Shown: positions 35,080 to 39,193 of the stretch, one piece after another
How positions within the stretch are numbered: position 1 is the stretch's first letter
How the letters are laid out: every line of letters starts with the position of its first letter
IMG/VR virus record: IMGVR_UViG_3300016665_000452
Span: 1-39,193 of that record
DNA from: a virus
Lineage: Duplodnaviria > Caudoviricetes
DNA length: 39,193 nucleotides
Strand: one strand, 5' to 3'
Made by a program: the position numbers and the translations under genes
The notes under the pieces: model-generated
Told to the model about the DNA's origin: nothing
The model's database searches: none
What the model saw: the letters and a program-made list of their open reading frames with translations, nothing else

Positions 35080-35714
35080 CAGCTCGGGTTGGCCGGCTCG
35101 TCGTCGTCCTCGACCACGATGCCGCGCAGCGCCGGGCGCTCCTCGGCGCCCAGGTCGTCGCAGATGCGGTCCAGGCGCATCTGCAGGCTCCACTCCGTGC
35201 CACTGTCGTTCAACACGTCGTAATCGGGCGTCATGTCGGCCAGCGCCGTCTCGCTGACGTGCGCCCGCGCCTGGCCCTGGGCCTGCGGGCGGGTCAGCCG
35301 CACCAGCTTGCCGCCTTTGGCGCGTATCCAGTACGCCTCGTTCGGAAAGCGGCAGTCCGAGATCACGATGCGGTCATGCACCGGCCCGCCGTTGGGCTGC
35401 AGGCCCAGGCGCAGCGCCAGATGCTTGACCCACAGGTCGGGGTTGAGCGCGCGGCCTACCTCGGTGCCCAGTACCTGCATCAGCGCGCGCGGGCTGAAGC
35501 CCAGCTCGGCCAGCGGGCGCTCCTTGAAGACGCGGTGCCGCAGGTAGGACTCGGGCACGCCGATCTGCTCAAGCAGCAGCGCGGCCATGTCGCGGATAGG
35601 GTCCGCAAAGGCGGCCTGGACGAAGCCGTACCGGCCGACCAAGTAGCGCGCGGCCACGTCCTTGCCCGCTCCAGCGTGGCCGGCCAGGCCGATGATGATG
35701 ATGCGCTCGCTCAT
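35076..35714 (-). CDS. Deoxynucleoside monophosphate kinase-like protein
   Basis: IGLAGHAGAGKD P-loop, PRALMQVLGTE, ISDCRFPNE, HVSE. Confidence 0.85.
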   Translation of the reverse strand: MSERIIIIGLAGHAGAGKDVAARYLVGRYGFVQAAFADPIRDMAALLLEQIGVPESYLRHRVFKERPLAELGFSPRALMQVLGTEVGRALNPDLWVKHLALRLGLQPNGGPVHDRIVISDCRFPNEAYWIRAKGGKLVRLTRPQAQGQARAHVSETALADMTPDYDVLNDSGTEWSLQMRLDRICDDLGAEERPALRGIVVEDDDEPANPSW

Positions 35715-36232
35715 GCTGCTGCCCGCGCGGCGGTGGCCGGCGGCTCCGTGGTAGGTGCCGGGCCAGCGCCTGGCGCGACTGCGGTGACAACGGGCCACAC
35801 CTGGGCCAGCCAGGGGTGCACCAACTCGAAGTGCGTGGGCGGGTTCTCCAGAGAGACCCCGCCGCCGTGCACGCGCAGGTCTGCGCCGCGCAGCTCTACC
35901 TCGTCTGCCGACTTCAGGTAGCGCACCAGGGCGCGGGCGTCGATGTCCGCGCCGTTTCGGGCGCCCAGGCGCAGCAGGGCGTGCAGGCGGGTCGCCTTGC
36001 GTGGGTAGGGCTGCACGATCACGTGCACGTAGACCGTGCCGTCCACGTCATAGGCCTGGAACACGTCGCGCACCCGGCCGCGAATGCGCACCGCGTCCAC
36101 GCGGCAGCCTTCGATGGCCGCACGGTTCATTGCATGGGCCACGGCCTCGGCTGGCCAGCCCTGCGTGGCACTCGTGCGCCCGGCGCTGGCCGCAGGAAAC
36201 GGCCAGGTCTTGGGGTCCATGTCGGCGCTCAT
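35711..36232 (-). CDS. Hypothetical protein
   Basis: ATGA overlaps at both ends. Confidence 0.55.
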   Translation of the reverse strand: MSADMDPKTWPFPAASAGRTSATQGWPAEAVAHAMNRAAIEGCRVDAVRIRGRVRDVFQAYDVDGTVYVHVIVQPYPRKATRLHALLRLGARNGADIDARALVRYLKSADEVELRGADLRVHGGGVSLENPPTHFELVHPWLAQVWPVVTAVAPGAGPAPTTEPPATAARAAA

Positions 36233-36561
36233 GCCCGCACCCCTTCGCCCCGCTGCGCCACCGGCCGCACCGCGGCCTGCAGACGGGCCACGATCACGGC
36301 CTGCGCCGCCTCGTGCTTCTGGAGCCACGCGATGTAGGCCGGCAGTTCGGCCAGGTCGGTCTGCAGGTGCGCGATCTCCTGCGCCGCCTTCGGCCCGCCC
36401 CGACGCTGCAGCCAGTCGATGTCGCGCGGCAGGTCGTGCAGGGCCAGCTGCAGGTGCAGGATCTCGTCCTGCATGAGGCGCAGCTTGTACTGCGCGTGCG
36501 CCAGCCGCACCTGGTTGACCAGGCGCCGCGCCCAGGCGGGCAGGCAGCGGCGGGCGCTCAC
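36229..36561 (-). CDS. Hypothetical coiled-coil protein
   Basis: Overlapping start/stop codons within the operon. Confidence 0.55.
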   Translation of the reverse strand: MSARRCLPAWARRLVNQVRLAHAQYKLRLMQDEILHLQLALHDLPRDIDWLQRRGGPKAAQEIAHLQTDLAELPAYIAWLQKHEAAQAVIVARLQAAVRPVAQRGEGVRA

Positions 36562-36773
36562 GACGCACCCCCGGTGCGCGCGGCCGGGGCGTCGGCGGCC
36601 AGGTCGGCGGCGCCGATCTCAAGCCAGTGCACCACGCTCAGCGCGATGATGACGCTGAGGAACACGGAGAACAGCAGCGTCACCGCTGCCTCGGCCCGAT
36701 TGCCGCGGCGCTTCAGGCGCCGCTCGATCTCTGCGCCAGTCGGGTGGCGCTCGATGTGACGCGCGGCGCTCAC
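36558..36773 (-). CDS. Small membrane protein
   Basis: One TM helix; GTGA overlaps. Confidence 0.55.
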   Translation of the reverse strand: MSAARHIERHPTGAEIERRLKRRGNRAEAAVTLLFSVFLSVIIALSVVHWLEIGAADLAADAPAARTGGAS

Positions 36774-36937
36774 AGCAGCGCCTCGCCAACCAGGGCCAGC
36801 GCACGGGCGAAGCGCGCGGCCGGTGCAACCGCCTGGGATTCCTGGAGACTTGCCCGCCGCTCAGCCCGGGCCTGCGCCTGGGCGTCGCGGGCGAGGGCGG
36901 CATCCAGTGCCGCCAGGTCGCTCGCCGTCGTGTGCAT
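36770..36937 (-). CDS. First gene of the leftward early operon (55 aa)
   Basis: GGAGGA RBS, MHTTASDL..., TGA overlapping the next GTG. Confidence 0.55.
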   Translation of the reverse strand: MHTTASDLAALDAALARDAQAQARAERRASLQESQAVAPAARFARALALVGEALL

Positions 36938-36987
36938 CGCGTCCTCCTGCCCCCCGCTGCTTGCGGTTGTCGTGGGGCTTGGGACGT

Positions 36988-37029
36988 ACTTTAGTGGACG
37001 CTAAGACTTATTGCAATAGCGAACACTAA
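36988..37029 (-). promoter_or_regulatory. PL-like promoter with two operators
   Basis: TTGCAA-17-TAAAGT on the minus strand; operators TTAGTGGACGCTAA (36991) and ATAGCGAACACTAA (37016). Confidence 0.8.
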
Positions 37030-37106
37030 ACCGCGTGACGATGCAACGGCTTGGACGCATAAAGATACGTCCTGTGGCAGCAACATGGCTGCAACGACGC
37101 AGCAAC

Positions 37107-37130
37107 AAAAAACCCCGCGCAGTGGCGGGA
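37107..37130 (-). terminator. Intrinsic terminator downstream of the repressor gene
   Basis: Minus strand TCCCGC-cactgc-GCGGGG-TTTTTT. Confidence 0.65.
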
Positions 37131-37197
37131 TATTGGCAGGGGTTCGGCAGCTACGGACGCTCGGGACGCTTCCTGAAAGCGCCAGGAAAGGGCACGA

Positions 37198-37590
37198 TCA
37201 GAGCCGAACCCCGTTCGGTTTTACGCCGAGGTGCGCGTCGCAGACACCCTGGATGTAGGCGTCGATCGTGTCGCGCGCTGAGCGTGGCAGGCTGAGGACC
37301 ACCTCAAGTGGCGTGCGGAACGGCCACACAGTGCGTAGCTCAAACGGCAGCACGTTCTCTCCTGCGCTCGGTACTTGCCCGCGCGGGCGATCAAGGTAGC
37401 CAGATGGCAAGTGCAGCCGAGCCTCCATGTTGCGCGCGGCCTTCTCGCCAAACGTGTAGCCGCCCTTGAGCTGCGAGAGAAAGCTCTGCGCGCTCTTGCC
37501 CAGGCGGTACTGACTGGCAACTAGTGCGGCGCCGCCATTGACCTCGATCCAGTCGAACAGATTGAGGCGTCGTGTCTGGTGCATGTCCAT
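37198..37590 (-). CDS. Putative CI-like repressor (short, no S24 peptidase domain)
   Basis: RRLNL...FLSQL...FGEKAARNMEARLHLPSGYLD pattern; divergent from cro. Confidence 0.75.
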   Translation of the reverse strand: MDMHQTRRLNLFDWIEVNGGAALVASQYRLGKSAQSFLSQLKGGYTFGEKAARNMEARLHLPSGYLDRPRGQVPSAGENVLPFELRTVWPFRTPLEVVLSLPRSARDTIDAYIQGVCDAHLGVKPNGVRL

Positions 37591-37596
37591 AGGCGC

Positions 37597-37654
37597 ACAT
37601 TAGCCCGCACTAAGACAGCAAACACTTGCGTATCGTCTTAGTAGACGCTAAAGT
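37597..37654. promoter_or_regulatory. PR/PRM-like divergent promoters with two operators
   Basis: TTGCGT-17-TAAAGT on + (37626-37654); operators TTAGCCCGCACTAA (37600) and TTAGTAGACGCTAA (37638); TAATGT on - just upstream of the repressor ATG. Confidence 0.8.
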
Positions 37655-37662
37655 CGCCCCCC

Positions 37663-37932
37663 ATGTCAGACCTGATCGAACAACTTGGTGGCACAAGCGC
37701 CGTTGCTCGCATGACCGGAGTCGCGCCACCGTCAGTCACAGCCTGGCGTAGCCGCGGCATCCCGCCGGAGCGCTGCCCCGCCATCGAGCGGGCCACGCAA
37801 GGCGCCATGCACGTCGAGACGCTGCGCCCCGACGTCCGCTGGTCGCGCATCCCCGACCCGGCCTGGCCGCACCCGGCCGGCCGGCCCGTGATCGACGTCG
37901 CGCGGCAGGACGCCGCGCAGGAGGCTGCTTGA
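37663..37932 (+). CDS. cro: Cro/YdaS-like HTH regulator
   Basis: LGGTSAVARMTGVAPPSVTAW...IPPERCPAIE...LRPDV. Confidence 0.85.
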   Translation: MSDLIEQLGGTSAVARMTGVAPPSVTAWRSRGIPPERCPAIERATQGAMHVETLRPDVRWSRIPDPAWPHPAGRPVIDVARQDAAQEAA

Positions 37933-37933
37933 G

Positions 37934-38248
37934 ATGCTGACCGCCGTGAGCGTGGAGGGCTTGATCCTGGACGAGCTGCGCGCCATCCGCGCGCTTCTGG
38001 AGCGGCAGGCCGTCTCCCTGATGTGCATGACGCGGCCGCAGGATCTGCCGCACAACGCGATGGACGAGCTCACCCGGGCATGGCACCGGGTGGTGCTGGC
38101 GGCGCCGTTGACCGAGTCTGAGCGTCGAGCAGCTGCTGCAGCAACATCGTCATCCGCTCCAGCGCCTGCATCTGCTGATGGTGCATCTGCCACATTTCGT
38201 CCAGCGCATTGCGCTGAGGCACCGGCGGCGGCAGGGGCGGAAAGTTGA
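37934..38248 (+). CDS. Hypothetical protein (uncertain; competes with a minus-strand ORF at 38070-38258)
   Basis: Starts 1 nt after the cro stop. Confidence 0.35.
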   Translation: MLTAVSVEGLILDELRAIRALLERQAVSLMCMTRPQDLPHNAMDELTRAWHRVVLAAPLTESERRAAAAATSSSAPAPASADGASATFRPAHCAEAPAAAGAES

Positions 38249-38570
38249 GTCCAGTCATGGGCGCCCTCCTTGGGAGCGTTGCAGGTCATGGGGACATGCA
38301 TCGTACCGGCCGCAAGGCAGGGCGCCCACCCCGTGCCTCCCTCCGCAGCCGAGCCATCGCCGGCTGCGGCTTTGCGCCACGCTGGCAGGCCGCGATGCCT
38401 GCTGCCCGGCCTGTTCGCAGGCTGTCCGTCTCCCAGCTTCACCGGCTGGCCGGGCGGCGCGCTTTTTCTGCTGTCGGTGTTGCGCATGGTGCGTCTGTCT
38501 CCTGGGGGCAGTGTGCGCCGGCGCAAGGCCGCGAGACTCACCCGAACGGGTTACGTCTGAGGGGCCACGC

Positions 38571-38810
38571 ATGACCCGCGTCGCAGTGCCGGCCAGGCGC
38601 TACCTGACCTTCGACAGCCAGGTGGGCCGCAAGTACCTCACCCGCCTGGGGCACACGGTGGTGCTGGTGAAGATTGACGAGGCGACGAGCCCCGCCAACC
38701 CGGTGCTGACCTTCGAGTACGTGGACCCGAAGGACAAGACCCGCGCCAGGCGCGACGGGTTCGACATGCACGAGCGCGTCGCCGCTCGGTTGCTGATGCG
38801 CCTGGACTGA
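38571..38810 (+). CDS. Hypothetical protein
   Basis: GAGG RBS, ATG at 38571, typical codon usage. Confidence 0.6.
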   Translation: MTRVAVPARRYLTFDSQVGRKYLTRLGHTVVLVKIDEATSPANPVLTFEYVDPKDKTRARRDGFDMHERVAARLLMRLD

Positions 38811-39193
38811 TGAGCCTGCGCGACCAGATGCCCGAGTCCGCCGCCATCGTCGACGACCTGCGCGCCATGCTGGGCCGTGAGCTGGTGGATGCGGCCATCG
38901 TGGCCGGCCGGCAGCTGCAGCGGCAGCACGCGGCCCTGGCGGCAGAGCAGGGCGCTGCCGTCGCCGATCAGTGGCTGGCGCGCCAGGCGCCCAGCGGCCC
39001 GGTGTTCGCGTGCACAGAGGGCGGCTTGGCCGTGGGCCTGATGCCCGGCCGCAAGGGGCAGCAAGGCCCCATCTCCCCGCAGCGAGAGACGGCGCTGCGC
39101 CGCCGCGGTTCACCTGCGGACGACTCGCGGGTGATCCGTCTGACCCCCGGGTCTGGGTCCTTCCGCAGACCCCCGCAACAGGGTAATCCGAGC
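38810..39193 (+). CDS. Hypothetical phage protein, open to the window end
   Basis: TGATG overlap; MSLRDQMPESAAIVDDLR... Confidence 0.55.
   Translation, partial: MSLRDQMPESAAIVDDLRAMLGRELVDAAIVAGRQLQRQHAALAAEQGAAVADQWLARQAPSGPVFACTEGGLAVGLMPGRKGQQGPISPQRETALRRRGSPADDSRVIRLTPGSGSFRRPPQQGNPS

Overview
A near-complete (~39 kb) high-GC temperate siphovirus genome, probably infecting a betaproteobacterium (inferred from gene families and the tRNA-like att core). The + strand carries a 5'-truncated primase-helicase, a palindromic iteron region, lambda-type terminase and portal, a Mor/C-type activator, a protease-capsid fusion and non-contractile tail genes. It continues with a complete diversity-generating retroelement (target gene with VR and hairpin, avd, TR, RT), the lysis cassette, an apparently intact attP and an Rci-like tyrosine integrase. 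The - strand carries the early operon (excisionase-like gene, Acb2-like anti-CBASS sponge, DUF2303, exonuclease, kinase), followed by a cI/cro switch with four operators. The most unusual feature is at 27372-30314: six integron attC-like hairpin sites separate small phage accessory genes. These genes lie opposite to the canonical attC polarity, one ORF starts inside one site and reads through another, and no integron integrase is present in the window. All calls come from reading the sequence and recalled family motifs; no searches were run.
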